DNA of 64,000 nt, from the NCBI GenBank assembly GCA_963827955.1, contig CAWHDJ010000018.1:1117297-1181296 (forward strand), in the 5' to 3' direction. Positions 51,464 to 60,981 of this stretch are shown in pieces. Within the stretch, counting starts at the first letter, position 1. Each line of letters starts with the position of its first letter. Below the pieces are notes generated by a model. That model was given only the letters and a program-made list of their open reading frames with translations. It was not told where the DNA came from and did no database searches. Made by a program: the position numbers and the translations under genes. This DNA comes from an uncultured delta proteobacterium (GTDB taxonomy: Bacteria; Myxococcota_A; Polyangia; Polyangiales; Polyangiaceae).

Positions 51464-53239
51464 TCAGAACGTGTAGCGACCCCGGGTGAAGAACAGCGAC
51501 CCGCCCGCGGCCGGGTCGCCGAACTTGGTCCAGTCGCCGCCAAGCAGGAGGAGGAAGCCCGTGCCGAGCTCGAGGCCGTGGCCGAAGTTGTAGTCGAGCT
51601 CGGGGTAGATCGACGCGCTGAACCCCTCCTTCGTGAACATCGAGTGGAAGGTCGGCACCTGCTTCCCCTGCGCCATGTCGTACTGCGAGGTGGTGACGCC
51701 CGACATGTCCCAGATCGTGAAGAGGCGGAAGAGGAGGGCGTCCTCCAGGAACTTGAAGTCGGCGCCGAGCACGAGATAGTCGCCGAGGCGCGGGAGCATC
51801 GTCTCAGTGGCGCACTGGGCGCCGTTCGGGGGCTTGGGGTTCACGCAGAGGGCGCCGGTCTGCAGGCTCCCCGTGTTGACGTTGCTCTGGCGCACGCTCC
51901 ACCCCGGGTGCATCCAGTCGCCGGCGCCGAACTCGTCGACGAGGCCGTGGACCCACTGCGCGTTGACGTAGACGTGGGAGCCGAAGGTGTAGTCGAGGCC
52001 GAGCGTCCACTTGAGGAAGGGCGTGCTCTCGACGACGGCCGGGGGGTTGCCGCCCGGGTGGCCGGTGCCCTGGTAGTCGTACTCGCCCGGCATCTGGGAC
52101 AGGGCCGGGAGCGCGCTCTGGGTGAGCTGGAGCGTGGTGCGCTGCGGGACGATGTACGCGACCTCGAGCCGGTAGCCGATGCCGTGGATGGAGTCGGAGA
52201 GGCGCTTGAACGGGTTGAACTCGCCGCTCGCGTTGAGGCCGAAGACCTGCATGCGCGGGTACGTGAGCAGGACGTCCGTGTTCAGCACGCCGGCGATGCA
52301 GCTCGGGGTCAGGTTCGCGGCCGGCCTCGTGGGCGCGTTCGGGTCGCAGCGCACGGCGTCGGACTCCGAGGTGTGGTTGGAGAACGGCTGGGGGAAGTCG
52401 GTGCGGCCGACGTAGTAGCTGAAGGCCAGGTCCTGCTCCGCGAGGGTGGTGGCGACGCGGTAGGAGAACTGCATGTCGTCCATGCTCGGCCCCGGCACCA
52501 CCGGGGTGAGCGAGTGGATGACGGTGGGATAGCCGTTCTCCGCGGCGAACCCGAACTGCGCCTCGATGCGGCGGCGGAAGTAGTCGTCGACGAAGGGCAT
52601 GCGCTGGATGTCCGCGGCGCCGAGCGCGGACGACGCAGGCAGCATCGCCGGCTTGAAGATGGGCACGAGGACGGCCGACATGGAGAGGTTGTCCCTGATC
52701 CAGTAGTCGGCCCTCACCATGAAGTTCGGCTGCTGCTTGCCGAAGAGGAGCGGGTCGCGGAGATCGTCCGAGTTCAGGTTGTTCGTGGGGTTGAACTGGT
52801 CGGCCACGCCCCACTGGATGATCTGGTTGCCGACGGTGAGGTCGAGCCCCTTGAACAGGAGGTCGCGCCCCTTGATGAAGAGCTGCTGTGGCTCGAACGA
52901 GAAGGGCTGGACCGCGGCGTAGTTCTGGAGGCTGCCGAAGGACTTGACCGCCCCGTTGCCGACGGCGTTGAGGTAGAGGTCGACCGCCGCCTCGCCCGAG
53001 AACTTGCCGTACTTGGCCTTCGCCTTGAAGCTGAGCAGGTTCTGGTTCCGCTCGACGCCCGGCGGCGCTTCCACCTTGTCGTAGAAGTCGCCGACGCTCT
53101 TGTCCTGGAGGCGGAAGCGCAGATCGCTCTGGATCTTGCCGCTGATGTCGAACTTCAATTCGTCGGCGTGCGCGGACGCCGCGCCAAGGACGAGCGTCGC
53201 GCAGAGCGACAGCGAACCGAGGCTTCTACAGCGGCGCAC
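51464..53239 (-). CDS. DUF1302-like outer membrane beta-barrel protein
   Basis: Signal peptide (SLGSLSLCATLVLGAASAHA), beta-strand-rich sequence and a C-terminal aromatic residue (...RGRYTF). GTG start at 53239 chosen to avoid overlap. Third gene of the MMPL operon. Confidence 0.55.
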   Translation of the reverse strand: MRRCRSLGSLSLCATLVLGAASAHADELKFDISGKIQSDLRFRLQDKSVGDFYDKVEAPPGVERNQNLLSFKAKAKYGKFSGEAAVDLYLNAVGNGAVKSFGSLQNYAAVQPFSFEPQQLFIKGRDLLFKGLDLTVGNQIIQWGVADQFNPTNNLNSDDLRDPLLFGKQQPNFMVRADYWIRDNLSMSAVLVPIFKPAMLPASSALGAADIQRMPFVDDYFRRRIEAQFGFAAENGYPTVIHSLTPVVPGPSMDDMQFSYRVATTLAEQDLAFSYYVGRTDFPQPFSNHTSESDAVRCDPNAPTRPAANLTPSCIAGVLNTDVLLTYPRMQVFGLNASGEFNPFKRLSDSIHGIGYRLEVAYIVPQRTTLQLTQSALPALSQMPGEYDYQGTGHPGGNPPAVVESTPFLKWTLGLDYTFGSHVYVNAQWVHGLVDEFGAGDWMHPGWSVRQSNVNTGSLQTGALCVNPKPPNGAQCATETMLPRLGDYLVLGADFKFLEDALLFRLFTIWDMSGVTTSQYDMAQGKQVPTFHSMFTKEGFSASIYPELDYNFGHGLELGTGFLLLLGGDWTKFGDPAAGGSLFFTRGRYTF

Positions 53240-53246
53240 GGGGGGT

Positions 53247-54038
53247 CTAGGGCTCGCTTGCGAGCCCGCTTGGGTAGGCGGGCGGAGCCCCCATCGTGAG
53301 CGGAGGATCACTCGCCCAGGTTCCGCTGAGAGAAACGTCGTCCGAGATGTCCTCGTTCACGTGGCGGCTCTTGGCGACGAGCTTGGTCCAGTTGCCCTTC
53401 ACGTTGTCGACCATCTTCAGCTCGCCGGGCGTGCAAACGCTGTCACACGTGTAGTTGCTCCGCGTCTCGGTCTTGACGTTGGTGCCGTCGCCGTTGAAGT
53501 ACTTGAGCTGCGCGATCGTGTCGTGGTCCTTGTTGACCGTGACCTCGATCTTCGCGTACGCCGTGTCCGCCCCCGGCTTGGGCGTGAGCGTGACGACGGT
53601 CTGCCCGCCGGAGTCGCTCGTGACGGCGCCGGTGTAGAGCGGGGCGTAGGCCGTCGTCGCCATGTCGTCCTGGCTGAAGCTGAGGCCGAGCATGCCCTGG
53701 TCCTTGGTGTGGCTGGCGATGCGCCGCACCTTGTTGAACGCCGGCAGGTACACCCACATCTGCGTCGGCGACAGGATGAGCACCTTGGTGCCCTTCATGT
53801 CGCCGCTCGTGAACTCGGTGAGCCGCTTCTCGCCCTTGATCTGCACCTTCATGTCGAAGGACTGCTGATCCTTGCCGGCCTCCTGGTTGACGATCTGGTA
53901 GTCGAAGCTCAGCGTCTTCGCCTTGTTCGCGACCGAGTCCATCGTGGCGATGAGGGCGTCGCCGGCGGCGTCGGCGTAGAGCGGTGCGGAGACGGCGAGG
54001 AGGGCGAGCGGGAGCGCGAGACGGGGGAACATCTTCAT
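53247..54038 (-). CDS. LolA-like / DUF1329-like periplasmic lipoprotein-sorting-fold protein
   Basis: Signal peptide MKMFPRLALPLALLAVSAPLYA. About 260 aa. The start overlaps the MMPL stop (ATGA). Confidence 0.5.
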   Translation of the reverse strand: MKMFPRLALPLALLAVSAPLYADAAGDALIATMDSVANKAKTLSFDYQIVNQEAGKDQQSFDMKVQIKGEKRLTEFTSGDMKGTKVLILSPTQMWVYLPAFNKVRRIASHTKDQGMLGLSFSQDDMATTAYAPLYTGAVTSDSGGQTVVTLTPKPGADTAYAKIEVTVNKDHDTIAQLKYFNGDGTNVKTETRSNYTCDSVCTPGELKMVDNVKGNWTKLVAKSRHVNEDISDDVSLSGTWASDPPLTMGAPPAYPSGLASEP

Positions 54039-56983
54039 GACGAACCTCGGGCCGGGGATGGAGAAGGGGTCGCGTCGGGATCGGCGCCGAGCGCGGGCTC
54101 GGCGAAGTCCGGTGAAGAGGAGAGGATTTCGTTGATGCGGGGGCGCGCGTCGTACGCGCGCTTCCTCGCCAGCAGCGGGACGGTGACGAAGGTGGCGAGC
54201 GCGGCGGCCATCATGGCAGCGGCGGTCAGCCCCCCGACGTTTTGCAGCGGGCGCGCCTCGCCCATCGTGAGCACCACGAAGCCGCCGGCGACCATGAGCG
54301 CGTTGGTCCAGATCGCGCGGCCGACCAGGAACGACGCGTACGTCGCCGCCTTGCCCAGCTCGGCGTCCGTGGCGGCTCCGTCGCCCTTCGCAGGCGGGCC
54401 CTTCCACGCGGCGAGCAGGTGCAGCGCGTAGTCGACGCCGGCGCCCGTCGTCAGGCTCGCGAGCATCGAGGTGCCGATGTCGAGGTGCACCCCGAGCAGG
54501 CCCATGCCGCCGTACACGACGAGCAGCGTAAGCGAGACGGGCGCCATGGCGAGGAGGGCGCTCGTGAACGAGCGGTACAGGTAGAGGCAGATGAGCAGCA
54601 CGAGGCCCATCGCCATGAAGAAGCTCTTGAGCTGGTTGGTGTCGACGCTCCGGGAGAGGCCGCGGTTCAGCACCGGCGTGCCCGTCACGGTGGTGGCGAA
54701 GGAGGCGGCCTTCGCGTCACCCGCCGGGGCCGGCAGCGCCACGCGGCCGACGTCGAGGTCCATCAGCGCCGCGCCGAGCCCCGCGACGAAACGCTGGCCC
54801 CGGGCGCCCGCGGGCACCGCGAGCTTGGCCTCGGCGACGAGGCGGCGCGCGGCGGCGAGCCCGAGCTGGCGCCGCAGGATCTCGGCCACGGGGGTGCGCA
54901 GCGCGTGCGCCAGGTCCAGCACGGCGCCGTCGCTCTCGGGGCGATCGAGCGCGGAGGCGGTGGCCTTGGCGATCGCGTCCTTCGTGGGGCGCGCGCCCAG
55001 GCCGGCGAGCGCAGCGGCCACGCGGCCGGGCGCGTCCGCGGGGGACTTGGGGATGTCGCCGCTGAACTCCTCCGAGTGGAGGTAGGCCAGGATCGCCGCC
55101 TCGATCGGCTTCTTGTCGACCTGGGTGGGAGAGGATCCGGCGGCGTGCTGCTCCACCACGTGGGCGACCACGTCGCCCTGCTCCTTGCCGAACGCGACCT
55201 CGTACTCCTGCGCGAGCGCGTGGATGCGCGCCTCCACGAGCGCCTTCAGGTGCTTCTGGCCCTCGGGGGTCTTGGCGTCCGCGAGGGCGTACTTCGCCGG
55301 GACGTCCGCCACCACCTTCTCGACCTCGGCGAGCACGTCGTCGAGGTCGCCGGCGCGGTCGCTGTCGACCTTCGCCATCATGAGCGCGTGGGCGTGGTCC
55401 TCCGTCACGAGCTGCGAGACGGCGCGCTTGCCCTTGAGGAAGGCGTAGAGCGTCTTCACCTTTGCCGCGGTGTCGGGGATGCGCTCGTCGCCCTCCATCG
55501 CCTCGTTGACCTTCGAGATCACCGCGCCGACGTGGTTCACCGAGCTCACGTGCGGCAGGACGGCCACGTGGTCCGCGATCCCCCGCACCTCGCGGAGCAC
55601 GTCGGGGTCGGTCATGTCCGCCGTGACGTAAACCTGGAAGAACTGCGAGCCGCCGAAGCGCTCGCGCAGGAAGGCCTCTGCCTGCGCCGGCGGGCTCTTC
55701 GCCGAGTAGAACGAGGAGTTGTCGATGCGGCTGTCGAGCCGGCCCACGAACGCGGCGCCGGCGAGCGAGAGGACCACGAGCGCGACGCCGACGGGGAGGC
55801 GCCGCTTCTGGATCGCGGTGGTGAACCGGATCATCCCCTTGCTCGTGTGGTTGTCGAGCGAGAGGCGGGGCTTGAGGTCCGCGACGCGGATCACGGCGGG
55901 CACGAACGTGACCGAGAGCATCAGCGTGACGAGGACGCCGATCCCCGTGAACAGGCCGAAGGTGCGGATCGGCTGCATGTCCATGGCCACGAACGAGAGC
56001 AGGCCCCCGCACGCCGTCAGCCCCGAGGCGATCACCGTCGGCCCGAGGTACGTGATGATGTGCTCGATGGCCTTGTCCCGGCCCATCTCCTTCACCACCG
56101 CGTAGTACCGGACCAGGATGTGGATCGGGTACGCGCTGCCGAGCGCGAAGAGGATGACCGGCATCGAGCCGAGCACCAGGTTGGTGGGGACGCCGAAGAT
56201 GCCCATCAGCCCGAGCGCCGCGACGATGCCCACCGCGGTCGTGAAGAGCGCCAGGAGCATCCCCACCACGTCCCGGAACGCCCAGAGCGAGATGAGGACG
56301 ATGACCACGCAGGCCCAGGGGGTGAGCCGCCCGAGATCCCGCGCCGTGACGCCGAAGATGTAGCTCTGGATGAACGGCGCGCCGCCCCAGTAGATCGCGT
56401 GCCCCGGGAGGCTCTCCTCCACCAGCTTGCGGACGTGGTTGGCGCTCTCCTTCGGGTCGGTGCCGTCCTTGAGGAAGCAGTAGATGAGCGCCGCCTTGCC
56501 GTCCGCGCTGAGCACGTTGCCCACCACCTGATCGCGCGACAGCACCTTCTCCCGCAGCGCCTTGATCCCCTCCGGCGTGGACGGCAGCTTCGCCGGGATC
56601 AGGTAGTCGACGCTGATGCCGCCCTTGTCCGGGTCCGGCGCGAAGTCCTCGAAGTTGGCGAGGCTCATCGCGTAGGCGACGCCGGCGTCCTTGGTCTCGT
56701 TGAGCCGCTTGGTGGCCGTGCGGAGCTGCGCGAGGAAGTCCGGGGCGAGCGCGTCGTCCGTCGCGACGCCGACGAGCGCGACGTTGAGCCCGCCGAACTC
56801 GCGGTTCACGTCCTTGAAGACCTGGATGTCCTTGTTGCCGCGCGGGAGGAACGCGAGCAGGTTGTCGTCCCGCTGCACGTGGGCGGCGCTGAAGGCGAGC
56901 ACGACGGTCGCCGCGACCACGACCACGATGGTGGCCCAGGCGGCGGATTTCTTGACGAAAAGGGCAGCGAGGGCGCGGAGCAC
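54035..56983 (-). CDS. MMPL/RND superfamily exporter (two 6-TM sterol-sensing-like bundles with large periplasmic domains)
   Basis: Intact 982 aa. Twelve TM helices in a 1+5 / 1+5 arrangement with two large soluble loops, typical of MMPL/HpnN-type RND transporters. Confidence 0.8.
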   Translation of the reverse strand: MLRALAALFVKKSAAWATIVVVVAATVVLAFSAAHVQRDDNLLAFLPRGNKDIQVFKDVNREFGGLNVALVGVATDDALAPDFLAQLRTATKRLNETKDAGVAYAMSLANFEDFAPDPDKGGISVDYLIPAKLPSTPEGIKALREKVLSRDQVVGNVLSADGKAALIYCFLKDGTDPKESANHVRKLVEESLPGHAIYWGGAPFIQSYIFGVTARDLGRLTPWACVVIVLISLWAFRDVVGMLLALFTTAVGIVAALGLMGIFGVPTNLVLGSMPVILFALGSAYPIHILVRYYAVVKEMGRDKAIEHIITYLGPTVIASGLTACGGLLSFVAMDMQPIRTFGLFTGIGVLVTLMLSVTFVPAVIRVADLKPRLSLDNHTSKGMIRFTTAIQKRRLPVGVALVVLSLAGAAFVGRLDSRIDNSSFYSAKSPPAQAEAFLRERFGGSQFFQVYVTADMTDPDVLREVRGIADHVAVLPHVSSVNHVGAVISKVNEAMEGDERIPDTAAKVKTLYAFLKGKRAVSQLVTEDHAHALMMAKVDSDRAGDLDDVLAEVEKVVADVPAKYALADAKTPEGQKHLKALVEARIHALAQEYEVAFGKEQGDVVAHVVEQHAAGSSPTQVDKKPIEAAILAYLHSEEFSGDIPKSPADAPGRVAAALAGLGARPTKDAIAKATASALDRPESDGAVLDLAHALRTPVAEILRRQLGLAAARRLVAEAKLAVPAGARGQRFVAGLGAALMDLDVGRVALPAPAGDAKAASFATTVTGTPVLNRGLSRSVDTNQLKSFFMAMGLVLLICLYLYRSFTSALLAMAPVSLTLLVVYGGMGLLGVHLDIGTSMLASLTTGAGVDYALHLLAAWKGPPAKGDGAATDAELGKAATYASFLVGRAIWTNALMVAGGFVVLTMGEARPLQNVGGLTAAAMMAAALATFVTVPLLARKRAYDARPRINEILSSSPDFAEPALGADPDATPSPSPARGSS

Positions 56984-57080
56984 GATGCACTTCCTGCGGG
57001 CGAACGGAGGGCGGGAAAACGGGAGAGTCAGGTCGACTAAACGGGGGATTGGCGCTGGAAGTCAAGCACCATCCGGAAAC

Positions 57081-57145
57081 TCCAGGGGCCGGCGCGTGCC
57101 CCGGGGACCGACCCGGGGACCGAGCCGGCGCGTGCCGGGGGACGG
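57081..57145. promoter_or_regulatory. direct-repeat motif block (A-B-B-A) in the divergent promoter region
   Basis: A is gccggcgcgtgcc (2 copies) flanking two tandem copies of B, ccggggaccga. The block lies between the MMPL start (56983, minus) and the lipoprotein start (57186, plus). Confidence 0.3.
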
Positions 57146-57185
57146 AGGTTGCGGCGCGCGGGCGGGTTTGTTACGCGCCCCCTGG

Positions 57186-57882
57186 ATGGATCGCTCCCGC
57201 CGGCTCTTCGTGATCCCTGCGCTCTCGGCGCTCGCCCTGGCCATCGGCTGCGCCGGTCCGCGGTTCGCGGCCCCGAATCGAGGGCGTCCCCATTTGCCAG
57301 GACTTCACCCTGGGGCACACCAAGATGATCGGAGGCCTGCGCTACCCGGTGCGCATGCGCGTGCTCGACGGCAAGACCGTGGTCTTCCAGACCACGATCC
57401 TGGGCCTCCGCAGCGCCGACGAGTCGGTGAGCACGTACATCGCCGACGACAACGCGAAGTACAAGGTCGAGTGGTCGCAGTGCGGCAACGAGCACGCGCC
57501 CCGCTCCGTCGCCGGAGAGGAGCAGGAGGGCAAGGCACGCGACAAGGGGCACGAGCGCACCGAGACCGAGGGCCTCGCGTACGTGTGCGGGGAGTCGAAG
57601 GTCTACGCGACCACGGCGCTCGAGACGAAGAAGGGCGACCGCTCCTCGCACCTCATCCACTTCACGCCCCCTCCGAACCCCGAGTGCTGGGCGTCCGAGC
57701 CGGCCAAGCCCGCCGCGGCCGCTCCCGATGCGGGCGCTCCCGATGCCGCCGCGGCTCCGGCGCCTGCGATTGCGGAAGATGCAGGGGCGAGTGGCGCGGC
57801 AGCCCCCGCGGCGAGCGACGCGGGCCCTGCCGCGAGCGACGCCGGCGCGGCGGCGCCCCCCGACGCGGGCGCGAAGCACTAG
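57186..57882 (+). CDS. hypothetical lipoprotein; apparent frameshift near 57290
   Basis: N-terminus MDRSRRLFVIPALSALALAIGC (lipobox). The body continues in ORF 57325..57882, with a Cys-containing domain and an Ala/Pro-rich tail. Confidence 0.5.
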
Positions 57883-58139
57883 CTCACCGAGCGCGATCCA
57901 CGCGATAGAACCCCGGGCTCACGAGGCTGGCCCAGGAAGCTCTGGAGAAGCGCGTTCCCCGGCGCGTCTCCCTCTCAATCCGATCTCCCATGGTCCCGCG
58001 CGGATCCCGGCCGAGCCGGCCCCTCCGGCCCCTCCGGCACCGCGACGTCGCTCTCGTCTCCGTCGTGTGTGCTGGAGGGATTGGTTCTCACGCCGGGCGC
58101 CGTTTTGTGGGACGTTGTGGGACAGGACGAGGTGGACCC

Positions 58140-58620
58140 ACCCGAGGCGAGCGTCGACCTGGGCAACGCTAGCGGTGACGGGAGCAACGCGAGCGGTGAC
58201 GGGAGCAACGCGAGCGGTGACGGGAGCAACGCGAGCGGGGAGGCAGGCGGCGCGAGCAGCGGCCGGCCGACGCGAGCGGTGGCCGGGCCGGCGCGAGGGG
58301 GGGCCTGCCCGGCGCGAGAGGGGCGAGGGTCGAGGCGAGCGTCGGCCAGGGGGGCGCGCGCGGGGGGTTGGCCGGGGCGAGGAGGGAGGTGGGCGGCGCG
58401 AGCAGGGAGGGGGGCGGCGCGAGGGTCGGGCTGGGCGAGGCGAGCGGCGGCCTGGGCGGGGCGAGGGGGGAGCTGGTCGGGGCGAGCGTCGGGGTGCCCG
58501 GCGCGAGCGGTGCGCGGTCGTGGCGAGCGATGGGCGGCCGGAGGTGAGCGATGGGTGGCTCGGGGCGAGCGTCGGGTGGCTCGGGGCGAGGGGGAGGGCC
58601 CGGAACGCGACGAGGCGGGT
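58140..58620. repeat. 21-bp periodic repeat array: 4 perfect copies (aacgcgagcggtgacgggagc), then about 18 degenerate copies (cgcgag...ggcgg)
   Basis: Directly visible. It encodes GSNASGD heptads and then a degenerate Gly/Arg-rich region on the + strand. The array abuts the integrase remnant. Confidence 0.6.
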
Positions 58621-58899
58621 GGGTGGAGGGGGCGCCGCCACTTCCTGCGCGAGACGGCGCTCCAGCGCGTCGTGCGCGCGGCGGCCCTCGACGCCGAGCG
58701 GTCGAAGCGGGTCGGGGGCCACGCGCTCGGGTGCTCGTTCGCGACGCACCTGCTGGAGGCGGGCTACGACATCCGGACGATCCAGGAGCTGCTCGGGTAC
58801 CGCGACGTGAGCACGACCATGATGTACACGCACGTGCTGAACCGCGGCGGGCGGGGGGTGACGAGCCCGCTGGACGGGATTGTGCGGCCACGGAGGTAG
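58620..58899 (+). pseudogene. C-terminal remnant of a tyrosine site-specific recombinase (integrase), IntI/XerD-like catalytic tail
   Basis: ...[54 protein letters not shown] contains the conserved His and the catalytic Tyr (YTHV). It closely resembles the [13 protein letters not shown] tail of integron-type integrases. The N-terminal two-thirds of the protein are absent, replaced by the repeat array. Confidence 0.7.
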
Positions 58900-58989
58900 G
58901 GCTCGGAGTCGGGCGGGCCCGACCGCGGGATGCCCGGGCGCGAGAGAGATTCAAGGCGGGGTTCAAGGAAAGGCGCCCCACGCTTCTCC

Positions 58990-59250
58990 AGAGCCTCCTG
59001 GGCCAGCCTCTGAGATCCTGACGCGGGCGTCCCCCGTGACTGACCGTCCCAGCGTCCCGTGGGCGTGGCCGTGGCCGGCTTCTCCCGTGCCCCGGATCCG
59101 GAGTCGGGGCACGGGCAGATTGGCCACGGCCACGGCCACGCCCACGGGGAGAGGCACGGCCTCCGGTCAATCTTTCCCGGACAGGAGGCAACGGGAAATG
59201 ACCGGGAAACCAAAGGGCCACGCCGCGCTTGTCAGGATCTCAGAGCCTCT
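58990..59250. repeat. nested imperfect inverted repeats forming a potential hairpin of about 250 nt
   Basis: Outer arms: ctctgagatcctgac (58995) paired with gtcaggatctcagag (59230). Middle arms: gtgggcgtggccgtggcc paired with ggccacggccacggccacgcccac. Inner arms: cccgtgccccg paired with cggggcacggg around the loop gatccggagt. Confidence 0.6.
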
Positions 59251-59310
59251 CACGCCCGGGGCTCCGGTCCGCGGGCTGACGCCCGTGGGTTCCATCGTTG
59301 GAACGGCGTC

Positions 59311-59505
59311 ATGCGCCATTCCGATCCCGTCATCGACGAGATACGCGCCGCCCGCGATGCCATCGTCAAAGAGGCGGAATACGATGGTTCCCAAAACCAT
59401 GGCGCTCGCACCAATTACCATGCCACGGGCTCCTCTGCCCCGTCCGGGCGACGCAACCGGCGCGTCGAGATCGTGGTCCAGCCCGTGGGTGTGATGCCCC
59501 GGTGA
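59311..59505 (+). CDS. small ORF (65 aa) just downstream of the inverted-repeat element
   Basis: MRHSDPVIDEIRAARDAIVKEAEYDG... has lower GC and an IDEIR-type N-terminus reminiscent of small antitoxin-like proteins. Weak evidence. Confidence 0.2.
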   Translation: MRHSDPVIDEIRAARDAIVKEAEYDGSQNHGARTNYHATGSSAPSGRRNRRVEIVVQPVGVMPR

Positions 59506-59580
59506 CGCCCGACCCTGCGACGACCTCGAGGGCCTCGCGTGCTGCGCGCGACGCTCCTCGAGCGTCGCCGCAGCGCCCGG

Positions 59581-60045
59581 TCACTCCCCCCGGTTGCCGG
59601 TCGGCAGGGGCGTCAGGTTCACGATCGCCGTCACCAGCTCGTGGACATCGAAGGGCTTGGCGAAGAACGCGTCGGCGCCCAGCTCGCTCGCCAGCATCCG
59701 CGTTTGCAGGTCGGGATAGGCGGTCATCAGCACGACCGCCGTGCTCAGGTTGGCGTGCCGCAGCGCGGCGAGGATCTCGAGCCCCGTGAACCCCGGCATC
59801 CGGACGTCGGTGACGATGATGTCGGGCGGGCGCCGCACGCCGTCGACGAACGGCTCGACGAAGACCTCGGAGAGGAGATCGGAGCCGTCGCACGCTTCCG
59901 TGATCTCGAAGCCGAAGCCGCGGAGGGCGCACGCGCAGAGCTTCAGGATGTCCGGATCGTCGTCGGCCAGGAGGATGCGCGGCGGCTGCTCCGTCGCGAC
60001 GAACCTCGAATGCGCAGAGCTATCGCGCTGGATCGTCTCCATGCT
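59581..60045 (-). CDS. single-domain response regulator (CheY-like receiver)
   Basis: ILLADDDPDI...ACDG...IIVTDVRMPGFTGLE...VVLMTAYPD...AFFAKPFD carries the receiver Asp/Asp/Lys residues. Intact. Confidence 0.75.
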   Translation of the reverse strand, partial: SMETIQRDSSAHSRFVATEQPPRILLADDDPDILKLCACALRGFGFEITEACDGSDLLSEVFVEPFVDGVRRPPDIIVTDVRMPGFTGLEILAALRHANLSTAVVLMTAYPDLQTRMLASELGADAFFAKPFDVHELVTAIVNLTPLPTGNRGE

Positions 60046-60225
60046 CACCTCCAGGGCGAGCGGCATGCATTCGGGATGCCGAAGGCCCCAAGATGCACGG
60101 GAGCGGCCTGGCGCGGGCGTTCCGGGCCCCTCTCCGGGGCCCGGGGACTGGGTTCGCTCGAGCCCCCGTCGTGTCAGACGGCCACGGCGTCGAGCAAGCC
60201 CGCCACATGGGTCGACGTTGAAACC

Positions 60226-60981
60226 CTAGGCCGCCTGGTACCCCTCGGCCCGGCTCGCGTCGACCCCCTCCAGCGACAGATCGAGCCCGCCCGGCGGCGG
60301 CACGATGTCGATCGCCTCCATCTTGGGGAACGTCAGGCCGCAGGCCTTCACGGCCGGCTTGATGTCGTCGATGAAGTCCTGCATCACGGGCCCGGGGTCG
60401 CGCTTCTTGATCCCCACGTCGACCGCGTACTTCGCGCCGTCCGTCCCCGGCCGTCCGAACGAGAGCAGCCCCTGGCGCAGCCACTTGTCGAAGAAGCGCT
60501 GCTTCTCGGCGTCGTAGCGCCGCGTCGCCGTCAGCTCGACGACGATGCGCTCCCCGAGCGACTGGTGCCCCTTCTCCTCCTTGATGATCTTCTCGATCAC
60601 CTTGCGGTAGGGCAGGAACGAGCACTCCTCGTACTCGCGGAGCTGCCAGAACCCGCCGCGGTCGTAGAGGAACTGCGCCATCGCCAGCTCGTACCAGCTC
60701 TGCGCGAACTCGATGGGCTTCTTCGCGAGCCGATCGCGCACGCTGGGCTCCACGCTCTCGCCGGTGAAGTCCTTGTACATCTTCACCACGTCCTCGTAGT
60801 GCTCCATCTCCTCGCGGATGTGCCACGTCATGAACTTGAGCCAGCGCAGCTCCGGCACGTACTGCAGGCCGAAGCCGAACATCTGCGCCGCCGCGAGCTC
60901 GCGGTACGCCTGGCTCTGCATCATCTGTACGAGGGTCTGCGTGTAGCGGTCGTCGAGCTGACTCTTCTCGGTGTACGTCAT
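60226..60981 (-). CDS. ferritin-like diiron-carboxylate protein (PaaA/PaaC-type phenylacetic-acid-catabolism-like family), putative oxygenase subunit
   Basis: Intact 251 aa with strong RBS GGGAGAGGAAG. E..H motif (WHIREEMEHYED). Helical. The start overlaps the creatininase stop (ATGA). Confidence 0.45.
   Translation of the reverse strand: MTYTEKSQLDDRYTQTLVQMMQSQAYRELAAAQMFGFGLQYVPELRWLKFMTWHIREEMEHYEDVVKMYKDFTGESVEPSVRDRLAKKPIEFAQSWYELAMAQFLYDRGGFWQLREYEECSFLPYRKVIEKIIKEEKGHQSLGERIVVELTATRRYDAEKQRFFDKWLRQGLLSFGRPGTDGAKYAVDVGIKKRDPGPVMQDFIDDIKPAVKACGLTFPKMEAIDIVPPPGGLDLSLEGVDASRAEGYQAA

Noticed and set aside
58069..58899. Functional integron (intI plus attC cassette array)
   Set aside because: Only the C-terminal tail of the recombinase remains. 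There is no N-terminal domain, no attI, and no series of attC-bounded cassettes. The downstream palindrome lies on the wrong side for a cassette array.
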